Source of the DNA: Trueperaceae bacterium
Lineage (GTDB): Bacteria > Deinococcota > Deinococci > Deinococcales > Trueperaceae
NCBI GenBank assembly: GCA_965215565.1
Contig: CBDCDZ010000004.1
Span: 2,880,001-2,944,000 of the forward strand
Direction of reading: 5' to 3'
DNA: 64,000 bases
Positions 47,948-58,093 of this stretch are shown here, piece by piece. Below the pieces are notes generated by a model, which did no database searches, was not told where the DNA came from, and saw only the letters and a list, made by a program, of their open reading frames with translations. A program made the translations under genes and the position numbers. Every line of letters begins with the position of its first letter. The stretch's first letter is position 1.

Positions 47948-48505
47948 GTGAACCTGCTACCGACTCGAGACTCCAAAACGCAGTGGCGCACCTGGGCGAA
48001 AGAGGTCCGTTCACAACTCCCTATCCAGGAGATAAGCGAGCGAGTTGTAGGACATCTGACCTCTTGGCAGCCCTTTCAAAACGCCCAGCACGTGCTGATC
48101 TACCTCGCGTTCGGCTCAGAAATCGACCTGTCACCTCTCACTGGGCAAGAGAAAATCTTCTACGTCACGCGCACCTGGGAGACGGACCGCAACCTCACGG
48201 TGCACACCTTGAACAGGGGGCTCGAGCCTCACCCCTACGGCTACATGCAGCCCGCCGCGACCTCTTCGAACGTTGACCCGAGAATGATCGACTTAGCCCT
48301 CGTGCCAGGGCTTTGCTTCGATGATAAGGGCGCACGGCTAGGCTACGGGCGTGGTTACTACGACCGACTCTTACCTAAGTTGCGTAACGATATACCTCTT
48401 GTCGGCGTCACGGCGGATGCGCTCGTCATTCCCAAATTGCCAAGAGACAGCTTCGACGTGGATATGACGCACCTCGTGACGGAAGCAGGTGTCAAGCCTC
48501 TGTGA
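47948..48505 (+). CDS. 5-formyltetrahydrofolate cyclo-ligase
   Basis: LVPGLCFD..GARLGYGRGYYDR. Confidence 0.93.
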   Translation: MNLLPTRDSKTQWRTWAKEVRSQLPIQEISERVVGHLTSWQPFQNAQHVLIYLAFGSEIDLSPLTGQEKIFYVTRTWETDRNLTVHTLNRGLEPHPYGYMQPAATSSNVDPRMIDLALVPGLCFDDKGARLGYGRGYYDRLLPKLRNDIPLVGVTADALVIPKLPRDSFDVDMTHLVTEAGVKPL

Positions 48506-48887
48506 GCAGGTATTGATCAAGCTGCTCTCTCACCTCATCGGAAATGCGCACGCTCTTCTGCGTGCTGTAGTCGAACAGGACGACGACGGAGTGAACCTTG
48601 GCAGCGACCTCATCACTCGCGTAGACCTTTTGGGAGAGGGTCACGCTCGAGTTCCCTATCTTCGCCACCTGCGTCGTGACAAAGACCTCTTCACGAAACT
48701 TAACCTGTTTGACAAAATCGAGCGACAAGTGCGCCAGGATGAGGTACACGTCGCCCGTGCGCAGGTTGTCCAAAAATTCAACCCGCGCGTACTCGGCGTA
48801 GAGCGCGAACGAGGTGTTGTTGAGGTGTCCCAAGGCGTCGGTGTCGTTGAAGCGGACTTGGATATCGGAGCGAAAAGCTTGGCTCAT
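48492..48887 (-). CDS. acyl-CoA thioesterase (4HBT/YbgC hotdog fold)
   Basis: VRFNDTDALGHLNN...E.AR. Confidence 0.9.
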   Translation of the reverse strand: MSQAFRSDIQVRFNDTDALGHLNNTSFALYAEYARVEFLDNLRTGDVYLILAHLSLDFVKQVKFREEVFVTTQVAKIGNSSVTLSQKVYASDEVAAKVHSVVVLFDYSTQKSVRISDEVREQLDQYLLTEA

Positions 48888-49720
48888 GCGGTCTCTTTCT
48901 TCTTGCGAGAACGGGGTAACTTTTGGCAGTTCGGACAGAAGTGCGTCCCTCTTCCGCCGACGACAATTTTAGAAATCGGTGTGCCGCAGCGGGCGCAAGG
49001 CGTTTCCTCTTGACCATAAGCTTTGAGTTCGTCTAAGTACGCGCCGACCTCGCCGTTCGTAGTGCGGTAGTCGCGGAGCGTCGTTCCTTGCACGCGGATG
49101 GACGCCTCGAGCACGTCTTTGATCATCGCGACTAAAAGAGGTATTTGGCGTTCGGGAACCTCTTTCGCAGGCGTGAGCGGATGGACCTTCGCGCCCCAGA
49201 GGGCTTCGTCCGCGTAGATGTTGCCGACGCCTGAAACGGGTTTTTGGCTGAGCAGGTAAGTTTTGACGGGCGTGGTGGACCTTTCTAGCGCTTTAGAGAA
49301 CTGCTTATCGTTAAAGTCGTCGCTGAGCGGTTCTGGCCCCATCTGATGCAGCGTGGGGAGCGTCGAATAGTCACCCGAGGGGACGACCAAAAAACGTCCG
49401 AAGCGGCGCACGTCTTGGAAGTAGAGCGTAGGGGCGTCTTCAAGCTCGAGCCTGACCCGCACGTGCTTCTCCGGCTCGCTCGGCGTCACAATGCCTGTCA
49501 TGCCCAAGTGGATGATGAGGTCTTTATCTCCCTCTAGGGGCAAAATTAAGAATTTACCGCGCCGCGTCACCTCTAAAATTTTCCGTCCAGTAGCATTGAG
49601 TAGATTTTCGTATTTGGGTCCGGGTTGGGCGTCTACTAAGTTTGCTGAGACAACCCTACGCCCTTTGAGCCAAGGCTCCAACTCGCGGCGGACGGTTTCG
49701 ACTTCGGGGAGTTCGGGCAC
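48884..49720 (-). CDS. mutM: formamidopyrimidine-DNA glycosylase
   Basis: MPELPEVE, HLGMTG, GVGNIYADE, C-terminal zinc finger CARC...CPNCQ. Confidence 0.97.
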   Translation of the reverse strand: MPELPEVETVRRELEPWLKGRRVVSANLVDAQPGPKYENLLNATGRKILEVTRRGKFLILPLEGDKDLIIHLGMTGIVTPSEPEKHVRVRLELEDAPTLYFQDVRRFGRFLVVPSGDYSTLPTLHQMGPEPLSDDFNDKQFSKALERSTTPVKTYLLSQKPVSGVGNIYADEALWGAKVHPLTPAKEVPERQIPLLVAMIKDVLEASIRVQGTTLRDYRTTNGEVGAYLDELKAYGQEETPCARCGTPISKIVVGGRGTHFCPNCQKLPRSRKKKETA

Positions 49721-49782
49721 CCTCTTACTCTACCTAAACCTTGAAACTGCTCGGCTGTTCAGGCTTACTTGGACTTGGATAC

Positions 49783-50469
49783 TTAGCCTTCTTCCAGCTT
49801 GACCAGCGTGATCTCGATAAAGTAGTTTTCGTCACCCTCCTCGCTCAGGACCTCTCGCTCGAGCGCGTCCCACCACCTCTGAAACGCCCTCACCTGCGCG
49901 TAGTTCAACTTGAGAAAGCCCATACCAGAAACAAAAGGTGTTACGTCCTCCGCCCGCCACACCTCTTTCTCCTTGGTAAATCCCTTTTCTGAAGCGAAGG
50001 TAAGTTGGCTGAAGTCGCCCCCATCTGTTCTGCCGTAGAGCCGCCCCCAAGGACCCGTCCCCTTCGCTTCGGCCCGTACAAAAACCTCTTCAAAGTGCTT
50101 GGCGGTAGCGGCGTAGATGCGCCGTTCTAAAAGCCGCCAGCCCTCGAGCAAATCCTCCGTAAGGTTGAGTGCACTCATGTCCTCAAAGGCGACGAAGAAC
50201 TCTGAAGCGACTGCGCGGTAGAAGCGAATCGGGCGACCTTTGCGGGCTTCTAGGCGCGTGGACACCAACAATCCTAAGCGCAGCCCCTTCTGCACGAAGC
50301 TGTACATCTTGCGCAGCGGTACGCCCACGCACCGCGCCGCCCCGCTCACGCTGCTTTCAGCGGCGATAAAGGGTGTGAACATCCGCCACTGCGACACGTC
50401 GCGCAAAAACGCCATCACCTCCGGGTCGCGGACGCGGTGAGGGACGCTACTTCGCTCAGGGGGTTGCAC
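49783..50469 (-). CDS. hypothetical protein with N-terminal winged-HTH-like region
   Basis: SVSGAARCVGV...GLL...RKGRPIRFYRAVA pattern; start uncertain. Confidence 0.65.
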   Translation of the reverse strand: MQPPERSSVPHRVRDPEVMAFLRDVSQWRMFTPFIAAESSVSGAARCVGVPLRKMYSFVQKGLRLGLLVSTRLEARKGRPIRFYRAVASEFFVAFEDMSALNLTEDLLEGWRLLERRIYAATAKHFEEVFVRAEAKGTGPWGRLYGRTDGGDFSQLTFASEKGFTKEKEVWRAEDVTPFVSGMGFLKLNYAQVRAFQRWWDALEREVLSEEGDENYFIEITLVKLEEG

Positions 50470-50534
50470 TGGAAGTAGCTTAGCATACAAAATTACTAAA
50501 GTATGAAATTTCACATTGCTTTAGGAGATAAACC

Positions 50535-50873
50535 ATGACCTTGAAACGCACCGCTGCTATCCTCTCCTTCGCTGTAGGCTTGCTCTTTCTGGTCGGTCTT
50601 TTCGTATCGGACGGCTCGAGCATCTCCGTGAACGGCCAAGAGCTAGAAGGCCCGCTGCGCTACCTCGCGCTCGGCGCGGGGGTGCTGCTCGCGCCCATCG
50701 TCGGCGGCCTTATCTTGGCGGGCGCGGGCACGCTCATCGTGGGCGTGCTCGCCGCTGTCGGCGTGCTCTTGCTGCTCATCTTTGCCCCCTTCCTCGCGCC
50801 CGTGCTGCTGCTCGCCTTGGTCGTCTACCTGCTCGCGCGGCGCAGAAAGGAGCCGTCTATCTCTAAAGCGTAG
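50535..50873 (+). CDS. small membrane protein
   Basis: AGGAG RBS; several hydrophobic helices. Confidence 0.7.
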   Translation: MTLKRTAAILSFAVGLLFLVGLFVSDGSSISVNGQELEGPLRYLALGAGVLLAPIVGGLILAGAGTLIVGVLAAVGVLLLLIFAPFLAPVLLLALVVYLLARRRKEPSISKA

Positions 50874-50929
50874 CACCCAGTAAAACCACACAAAAACTCA
50901 GGACATCTCATGGTCACTCGGAGGAAACG

Positions 50930-52744
50930 ATGCGAACACCCTACTACTTCATCCTCGCCTGCGCTTTGCTGCTCACTGCTTGTGGTACATCCGACGACGA
51001 GGACACGTCTTCTGATGTGACACGCTTTACCGAACAAGAGGTCACCTGGGAGACGTGCAACTCGGTTGACTTGGAAGGGTTAGAAGACTTCACCGAGCCG
51101 CTGGGCGAGCGCCTGGAGTGCGCCACGCTCAAGACGCCCTTGGACTGGAACGACCTGGAACGAGACGAGATCAACCTAGGCGTCTTGCGTATCAAGGCGG
51201 CGAACCCCGAAGCGCGTAAAGGGGCCGTTCTCATCAACCCTGGCGGTCCGGGCGGGGATAGCTTCGGCATCAGCGTGTACCTCAGCTACCTCTTCAGCAA
51301 CCCCGAGACCGAGGACTTCACCGGGGCTCCCAACCTGGCAGCGGACGCCCTTCTCGCGCTTTCAGACAGCTACGACGTGGTCGGTTTTTCGCCGCGCGGC
51401 GTCGGGAGCGGCTTTCAGCTCTTCTGCAGCTCGAACAAGCTCGCGCCGCCCAGCGAGTTCTACACCGTCCGCACCGAGGAGAACGTGCAGGCGCTCCTAG
51501 AGGGGGCCGAACTCGAGGCCGAGGCGTGCCTGAACAATCCCCTGTACAAATACATCAGCACCGAGCAGACCGTCCGGGATATGGACCTCATCCGCGCGGT
51601 CTTGGGCGACGAGAAGCTCAACTACCTGGGCTACTCCTACGGCTCTTGGCTCGGCGCGTGGTACGCCAAGCGCTTCCCGGAACGCGCGGGTAACATTGTG
51701 CTCTCAGCCAACACGGACTTCGCCGCGACCTTTCAGGTGTCGTTCGAACGGCAGCCGGAGGGCTTGCAGCGGGCCTTTGAAGAGGTGGCGCTGCCCTTTA
51801 TCGCCCGTAACAACGCCACCTTTGGGCTCGGCGAGAGCGTAGACGAGTTGCAGAGCTTTTACCAGGCGCTACCGCCGGGCCTCAAGTTCGCGCTCTTCGT
51901 GCCCGCTTACTTGTATGTTTCGGACAGCGTCCCTGACATCGCCGTCAACTTTGTAGCGGTAGAGGGCGTCAACGCTGTCTTACAGGGAACGGAAGGGGAA
52001 CTCGACCCCGACGCCTTTTTCGAAGGGGTGGAGAACTACACCTACGCCGAGGATGCGGACCTAGACGAGGTGGCGCGTGACGCGGCTCTCTTTCTAGCGG
52101 ACGCCTACCTGTTCTACTTGGAGATCATTGCGGAACCGTTCTCCGTAACGCTGCCGCCCGAGGCGGCGGTGTTCGACGCCATCTTGTGCAACGACAGCCC
52201 CTGGATAGAGGACCCGAGCTACTACGCTAGAGCGGGCAACGAGGCGGACGAGGCGTACCCGCTCGTCGGTGGTCTCCTCACCGCCCAGGCGTGCGCCTTC
52301 TGGACCCCGCCGACCGCCTCCATGCCCGAGGTGCCCAGCGACATGCCCCCCGTCTTGATGGTGCAGAGCGAACTCGACGCGCCGACGCCCGTCGAGGGTG
52401 CCCTAAACGCCTTTAACTCCTTGCCGAACGCGAAGATGGTGTTCGTGGAGAACGAGCTGACGCACGGGACCTTCCCCTACAGCGCGTGCGTGGACGCGAG
52501 GGTGGCTGCGTACCTCTTGGACGGCACGCTGCCGGACGAAAAGGTCACGACCTGCGAGGCGAAGCCGCTGCCCGGCGAGGAGCAGGTCTACCCGGTGGAC
52601 GCGCCCACCCCGATGACGCAGCGCATAAGCACGTTCTCCGTTCAGGCGATGCTAGCGGAACCCGAGACGCTGCAAGAGCGGGCGAAAGACCTCATTCAGG
52701 AGACGATCAGCGAGAACGCTCGAGGCTTTCTCGGGCGCGAATAA
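50930..52744 (+). CDS. TAP-like alpha/beta-hydrolase (peptidase) lipoprotein
   Basis: Lipobox LTAC; NPGGPG, PRGVG, GYSYG nucleophile elbow, D..TP, HG. Confidence 0.9.
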   Translation: MRTPYYFILACALLLTACGTSDDEDTSSDVTRFTEQEVTWETCNSVDLEGLEDFTEPLGERLECATLKTPLDWNDLERDEINLGVLRIKAANPEARKGAVLINPGGPGGDSFGISVYLSYLFSNPETEDFTGAPNLAADALLALSDSYDVVGFSPRGVGSGFQLFCSSNKLAPPSEFYTVRTEENVQALLEGAELEAEACLNNPLYKYISTEQTVRDMDLIRAVLGDEKLNYLGYSYGSWLGAWYAKRFPERAGNIVLSANTDFAATFQVSFERQPEGLQRAFEEVALPFIARNNATFGLGESVDELQSFYQALPPGLKFALFVPAYLYVSDSVPDIAVNFVAVEGVNAVLQGTEGELDPDAFFEGVENYTYAEDADLDEVARDAALFLADAYLFYLEIIAEPFSVTLPPEAAVFDAILCNDSPWIEDPSYYARAGNEADEAYPLVGGLLTAQACAFWTPPTASMPEVPSDMPPVLMVQSELDAPTPVEGALNAFNSLPNAKMVFVENELTHGTFPYSACVDARVAAYLLDGTLPDEKVTTCEAKPLPGEEQVYPVDAPTPMTQRISTFSVQAMLAEPETLQERAKDLIQETISENARGFLGRE

Positions 52745-52755
52745 TCCATCCGTAA

Positions 52756-53015
52756 TACGGATTCCGGTTGATTACTGCATAAACTCCTTCGGAGTTGATT
52801 CCGTGCTCACCGGAATCTGTACTTGTTTCTGCTCGCTCAGGAGCCTTCAGCCGGGCGTATCGTGCCGTTGTAGATGGCTTGTGCTGGCTATTCGTTGATG
52901 TTACCACCGGCTGATGGCTCTTCCTCGGGATTAAACACGTTACAAAGTAGCGTGTTTAACCGGAAAGGGTATAACCTATCTGAGCAGGGAGGGTCGCACT
53001 TTAGCGCCCCTCTCT
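52756..53015 (+). ncRNA. candidate structured non-coding RNA of unknown family
   Basis: Four or more long stems, G-U pairs that form only on the + strand, and a C(UUCG)G tetraloop. Confidence 0.45.
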
Positions 53016-53095
53016 AACTCTTGAATACAGCCTTTGAATACGGAGGGCAGAAGGTCATCACGCAACTTTTTGAACTGTGTCTCGTATGATGAGCT

Positions 53096-54541
53096 ATGTC
53101 CTATAACGTCCCCCACGATGCAGTGGTTGTCGGCTCCGGCCCCAACGGGCTAGCCGCCGCCATTACCTTAGCCCAACAGGGCTTAAAGGTCGCCCTTTTA
53201 GAGATGAAAGACAAAACGGGTGGCGGGATGCGCACCGAAGAGCTAACGCTGCCCGATTTTAAGCACGACACCGGCTCGGCCATTCACCCCTTCGGCGTCG
53301 GCTCGCCCTTTTTCCGCACGCTGCCGCTCGAGCAGCACGGGCTCACCTGGGTTCACGCGGACGCGCCCCTCGCGCATCCGCTGGACGACGGGGTGGGGGT
53401 CTTAGAGCGCTCCTTCGAGGGAACCAAGGCGGGTCTCGGCGTGGACGCTGAAATCTACGATATCCTCCTGCGCCCGCTCGTGCGCGATTGGGAGAAGCTC
53501 ATGCACGACTTTATGGGTCCGCTCGTGCGCATTCCAGACCATCCCATCCTCTTGGCGCGGTTCGGTGTGCGAGCACTTCCGTCCGCGACGCTCCTCAGCA
53601 AACTCTTCCGCGACGAGCGTACGAAAGCCCTCTTCGCGGGCGCGGCGGCGCACGCGATTTTGCCCCTCACATCGCCCGCCACCTCCGCTATCGGCTTGGT
53701 GTTTTCGATGCTCGCTCATACGGTTGGCTGGCCCTTTCCCAAGGGCGGCGCGGCGTCCCTGGCGGAAGCGCTCACGAGCCTCTTCTGTTCGCTCGGCGGT
53801 GAGGTGCATACGGGCGTTAGGGTGAACTCGCTCAAAGACGTGCCCGAGGCGAAAGCGGTGATTTTTGACCTCTCGGCGAAGCAGCTCTTAAAGGTGGTGG
53901 GAGACGACTTTCCGGCTCGTTATAGGGGCTGGTTGGAGCGCTACCGCTTAGGCGCGGGCATCTTTAAGATCGACTACGCGCTGGACGGTCCCGTTCCCTG
54001 GAAGGAAGAGGCGTGCTCGCGGGCGAGCACGGTGCATTTGGGCGGAACATTTGCGGAGATTGCGGCGTCCGAAAGGGAGGTTGCGCGCGGCAGAGCGCCG
54101 ACGAACCCGTATATCCTCATCGCGCAGCATGGTCCCTTCGACGAGACGAGAGCGCCCGAAGGCAAAGAGACCCTGTGGGCCTACTGCCACGTCCCCAACG
54201 GTTACGAGGGCGATATGACGGGGGTGATGGAGCGGCAGTTGGAGCGTTTCGCCCCCGGTTTCAGAGAGCGCGTTTTAGCCAAACACACCATGAGCGCCCC
54301 TGACATGGAGCGCTACAACCCCAACTACGTTGGTGGTGACATCAACGGCGGCGCGGCTAACTTGTGGCAACTCGTCGCCAGACCCGCGCCGCGCGTGCTT
54401 CCCTACCGCACGGACCTAAAAGGCGTCTACCTCTGCTCCGCGAGCACACCGCCGACGGGCGGCGTTCACGGGATGGGCGGCTACAACGCGGCGAAGACGG
54501 TGCTGAAGGATATGTTTGGGGTGCAGATTAGCCTCCACTAA
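53096..54541 (+). CDS. phytoene dehydrogenase-like FAD oxidoreductase
   Basis: VVGSGPNGL, GGGMRT, GGDINGG, STPPTGGVHGMGG. Confidence 0.9.
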   Translation: MSYNVPHDAVVVGSGPNGLAAAITLAQQGLKVALLEMKDKTGGGMRTEELTLPDFKHDTGSAIHPFGVGSPFFRTLPLEQHGLTWVHADAPLAHPLDDGVGVLERSFEGTKAGLGVDAEIYDILLRPLVRDWEKLMHDFMGPLVRIPDHPILLARFGVRALPSATLLSKLFRDERTKALFAGAAAHAILPLTSPATSAIGLVFSMLAHTVGWPFPKGGAASLAEALTSLFCSLGGEVHTGVRVNSLKDVPEAKAVIFDLSAKQLLKVVGDDFPARYRGWLERYRLGAGIFKIDYALDGPVPWKEEACSRASTVHLGGTFAEIAASEREVARGRAPTNPYILIAQHGPFDETRAPEGKETLWAYCHVPNGYEGDMTGVMERQLERFAPGFRERVLAKHTMSAPDMERYNPNYVGGDINGGAANLWQLVARPAPRVLPYRTDLKGVYLCSASTPPTGGVHGMGGYNAAKTVLKDMFGVQISLH

Positions 54542-54559
54542 ACTGAGGTGCAGTGTCGG

Positions 54560-54621
54560 AGCAATGAGGAACGAGCAATGAGTGAAAACCAAAGCTTTTA
54601 GACTCACCTGTCATTGCTCAT
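54560..54621. repeat. GCAATGAG/TCATTGC short inverted repeat cluster
   Basis: GCAATGAGGAACGAGCAATGAGTGAAA...TTTAGACTCACCTGTCATTGCTC. Confidence 0.75.
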
Positions 54622-54622
54622 C

Positions 54623-55321
54623 TTAATCCCTCGGATACCTTATTTTACCCTCGTAGAGCGCCGTACCGACCACCGCGCCGTCAAGCTCCAAGCTCTCATA
54701 AAGCTCGAGGTCCTTGTCGCCCGCGACGCCGCCGCCCGCGACGAGCGTGTGCGGATACGCTTGGCGCATGAGGCTGACAGGCTCAGGGTCAATGCCTTTC
54801 ATGGTGCCGTCGCGGGAGATGTCCGTGTAGATGACGTGCTCGACGCCCTGCTCCGCCACGCGGCGGGCGAGTTCTCTCGCGGCTAGCTCGGTGATCTCGG
54901 TCCAGCCCTTAACCGCTACTTGTCCATTTTTTGCGTCGATGGAGACGGCGACGCGCCCCGGCTCGTACTCGGCGACGAGTTCGTCCAACATCTCGGGTTG
55001 GTCAATGGCGGCGGTGCCGATGATGACGCGGTCGGCAATCTCCAACCACTTCCGCGCCGTTTCCGCGTCGCGGATGCCGCCGCCCACCTCGACTTTGCAC
55101 TTGGTCACGCTGACGATCTCGCGGACTAGCGCGCGGTTGTCGCCCGTGCCAAAAGCGGCGTCCAAGTCGACGACGTGGAGCCAGCTCGCGCCCTTGTCCG
55201 CCCAGTGCTTCGCGGCTTCGACGGGGGAGTCGAAATAGACGGTCTCCTGGTCAGACTTCCCCTCGAAAAGCCTCACCGCCCGCCCTTTTTGGATGTCTAC
55301 GGCTGGAATAAGTTGAAACAT
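54623..55321 (-). CDS. hisA: ProFAR isomerase
   Basis: IPAVDI..GRAVRL..G, HVVDLD, VGGGIR, TDISRDGT. Confidence 0.96.
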   Translation of the reverse strand: MFQLIPAVDIQKGRAVRLFEGKSDQETVYFDSPVEAAKHWADKGASWLHVVDLDAAFGTGDNRALVREIVSVTKCKVEVGGGIRDAETARKWLEIADRVIIGTAAIDQPEMLDELVAEYEPGRVAVSIDAKNGQVAVKGWTEITELAARELARRVAEQGVEHVIYTDISRDGTMKGIDPEPVSLMRQAYPHTLVAGGGVAGDKDLELYESLELDGAVVGTALYEGKIRYPRD

Positions 55322-55458
55322 GGGGAGAGTATAGCCGAATTCGTGAGGTGAGACCGCGGGAACGCCTACGGGTAGGGTGAGTTCGGTGGAACGAGGTTCG
55401 GGCTTTTAGCTCGAGCAGAACCCACCCTCGCTCAGGGGCGTATCTGTCGGGGGCGCAC

Positions 55459-56331
55459 CTATCCAAATAGGGGCGAAGGCTGCGGCGGGTAGTTCGTAAT
55501 CATGACCTCTTTACCCTTTGCCGCTCCTGCTTGTTTATAGTTGTTCATCCCATACTGAAGTTCCCAAGAGACGATATGCGCGAACGAAAAGAGCGCCCTG
55601 ACCTCTTCGCAGTCGTCGTAAGTGATGAGCCACTTGTGCCTCACCTTTTGCATCACGCTGGCGAAGCGTTCATGGTCAAAAGAGGTGTGCAGCGTCCCTT
55701 TTCTGCCGTAGAGCTTCGACTTCGTGGCGGATAAATAGGGCGGGTCTAAGAAGATAAAGACATTCTCGCTGCCTAACGCACCGGCAGACCCGGATGCTGC
55801 GGGCGGTGCTAAGACAACCTCTTCGTAATCGAGATTAGTAATCTTGGTTCCTTTGAGAAGAGGTGCGACGTGCCTTAAACGCTCGATTGAGGACTGCGTG
55901 AAGCGTTTTTCAAACGCGCCTTGTGAGTAGCCGCCCGCTTCGACTGTTCCTGAAAAGGTGATTCGGTTGAGGAGGAAAAAGCGAATCGCTCTTTGTAAGG
56001 CGTCAGCGGGCACATCATTGACGAGCGAACGGTGCAGCGCACGCCCATCGCTAGCCGTATCTTTTTGCTGTTGCACGCCCTCTATCAGCGCGTCCGGGCA
56101 GTCGCGTAAGGTGTGCCAGAAGTGGTAAAGCTCTGGGTTGAGGTCGTTAATCCAAAACGACGCTTCTGGGTATTTTTGCCGCAAAGCTAAGTAGACGGAG
56201 CCGCCCCCAATGAAAGGCTCGCGAAACTCGCTAAATGCTGGAATGAAGGGGAGAATAGTTTTAAGTGCCTTCGATTTGCCGCCCGGATATCTGAGAGGGG
56301 TTTTGATTGCAGCAGTAGGACGGTTTTTCAT
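55459..56331 (-). CDS. orphan Dam-family (alpha class, D12) DNA adenine methyltransferase
   Basis: PLRYPGGKS, EPFIGGGSV, INDLN, FLDPPY; no nuclease gene adjacent. Confidence 0.92.
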   Translation of the reverse strand: MKNRPTAAIKTPLRYPGGKSKALKTILPFIPAFSEFREPFIGGGSVYLALRQKYPEASFWINDLNPELYHFWHTLRDCPDALIEGVQQQKDTASDGRALHRSLVNDVPADALQRAIRFFLLNRITFSGTVEAGGYSQGAFEKRFTQSSIERLRHVAPLLKGTKITNLDYEEVVLAPPAASGSAGALGSENVFIFLDPPYLSATKSKLYGRKGTLHTSFDHERFASVMQKVRHKWLITYDDCEEVRALFSFAHIVSWELQYGMNNYKQAGAAKGKEVMITNYPPQPSPLFG

Positions 56332-56453
56332 CCACTATAGTATCAACAATTGCGTTGGCTAGCACTTCGAGCCTCCAGTCACCACAACCGCATCACAACT
56401 GTAATGTCGTCCAATAAAAAAGTAAAATAGTTCACTTTGCTAAACTAGCTTTA

Positions 56454-57050
56454 ATGGTCTCAACACGTAACGCCGAAGCAACCCAACAGCGGCTCATGGA
56501 CGCTGCCCTCTCGCTCTACGCCGAAAGGGGTTACGCGGGCACGTGCCTAGATGCGATTTTGAAGCGCGCCTCCTCGTCCAAAGGCGCGTTTTATCACCAC
56601 TTCGACTCGAAAGAGGCGTTGACGGCGCAAGCGCTGTCGCTCCGCTGGAACGCGATGTTGGAGACGGTCGAGCAGGTGTGGAGGCGCGGAGACTCGCCCG
56701 AGGAGAAGCTCAGCGGTCTCTTGGACCTCTTAGAGCCCAAATGTAGTGAGGGGCAAGTTGCGTGTCCGATTGGACTTTTAGGCTTCGAGTCGCGCAGTCT
56801 GCCCGCGCCGATCCAGCAGGCACTCCGTGAGGGGTTGACGCACTGGTCAGCGCATCTAGCGCAGCTATTAAAGGACTTAGATTTAGAAGATAGCAGGGCT
56901 CGAGCCTTCGCCGAGCAGCTCTTCTTGATCTATGAGGGCGGCGTGTTGGTCGGGCGCATCAGCGGATCATGTGGCTCCCTTTGCTCCATGCTAGAGGTGT
57001 GGCGGCAAGCGGTCTTGAGCGAGTGTACTCAGGTCAGAGGCGCAGCGTAG
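56454..57050 (+). CDS. TetR/AcrR family transcriptional regulator
   Basis: LMDAALSLYAERGYAGT...SKGAFYHHFDSKE. Confidence 0.93.
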   Translation: MVSTRNAEATQQRLMDAALSLYAERGYAGTCLDAILKRASSSKGAFYHHFDSKEALTAQALSLRWNAMLETVEQVWRRGDSPEEKLSGLLDLLEPKCSEGQVACPIGLLGFESRSLPAPIQQALREGLTHWSAHLAQLLKDLDLEDSRARAFAEQLFLIYEGGVLVGRISGSCGSLCSMLEVWRQAVLSECTQVRGAA

Positions 57051-57287
57051 GTACACCACGCTGCAAAGTGAAATAATAGTTGGGTTGAATGCCGCCTTTT
57101 CCGGGACGTCCCTTCTAAACAACCTCCTCTATAAGTATCTCGAGAGAACGTTTGACGAGCATCGTGACGGACCTTGTGAAAAACGTGGCAAATCAGACAT
57201 CGCTCACTACACCCACCGGGAGCGTCGCGGTAGACTATAAAAGTAAAGATTTGACGTTAAACTATGGAGAGACTGTAGGAGGTTTCT

Positions 57288-57644
57288 ATGTACCGAGGAA
57301 GAGAAGGGCAGTGGGCGTTTGTACTCCACCGACTGTCCGGCGTGGCACTCGCCCTTTATCTGCTGCTGCACGTTTTAGATATCAGCTTAATCATGTATGG
57401 TCCGCGGGTATTCAACGCCTTTTTAGCGTTCTATCACCAGTGGCCCTTTCGCATCGGGCTTATCTTGATCATGGCGGGCGTCGTCTATCACTCGTTCAAT
57501 GGGCTGCGCATCATCTTGATGGACTTTACCGAGTGGGGCACGCGCTATCACCGCTCGCTCTGGTACGGTGTGTTGGGTATTACCACCATCATCGGCATCC
57601 CCGTTCTCATCAAAGTTCTCCCTGAAATCTTTGGAGGTGCCTAG
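57288..57644 (+). CDS. sdhC: succinate dehydrogenase cytochrome b556 subunit
   Basis: MYRGREGQWAFVLHRLSG...HSFNGLRII. Confidence 0.95.
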   Translation: MYRGREGQWAFVLHRLSGVALALYLLLHVLDISLIMYGPRVFNAFLAFYHQWPFRIGLILIMAGVVYHSFNGLRIILMDFTEWGTRYHRSLWYGVLGITTIIGIPVLIKVLPEIFGGA

Positions 57645-58081
57645 TGGCCGTCAAAGCAAAAACGCTCAACCAGGCGAAAGCCTTGCATAACACCAATAGC
57701 GAACTCGCGTGGTGGGTTTTCATGCGCGTGTCCGGGCTTATTCTCGTTTTTCTAGTCTTCGGACACCTCTACTTCAACAACATCGCCTTTAACGCAGGCA
57801 ACATCGACTACGCTTACGTCGCCGAGCGCGTTTCGAAGCCCTGGATCAAGGTTTACGACTCGTTCCTCTTAGGCTTTGCCATGCTGCACGGCGTCAACGG
57901 ACTACGCTACAGCGTCGAGGATTACATTCGCAAACCGGGGCGGCGCTTTTGGGCGAAAGTCGTGCTCTACACAGTAGCTGGCATCCTTTTGGTGATTGGC
58001 GTGATCACACTTTGGGCTTTTTCATTCGATGAGATGGGCGACGCGGTTCGTGCGCTGCCTACCGAACAACATTCACAGTAG
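57644..58081 (+). CDS. sdhD: succinate dehydrogenase membrane anchor subunit
   Basis: WVFMRVSG...H...HGVNGLR...DY. Confidence 0.93.
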   Translation: MAVKAKTLNQAKALHNTNSELAWWVFMRVSGLILVFLVFGHLYFNNIAFNAGNIDYAYVAERVSKPWIKVYDSFLLGFAMLHGVNGLRYSVEDYIRKPGRRFWAKVVLYTVAGILLVIGVITLWAFSFDEMGDAVRALPTEQHSQ

Positions 58082-58093
58082 GTAGGAGGCACT

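Noticed and set aside
52907..52970. Hammerhead ribozyme (CTGATGG...GAAA)
   Set aside because: The core deviates from CUGANGA and the stems do not fit hammerhead topology.
57174..57191. Rex-like operator upstream of sdhC (TTGTGAA-AAAC-GTGGCAA)
   Set aside because: The right half-site has three mismatches to TTCACAA; too weak to call.
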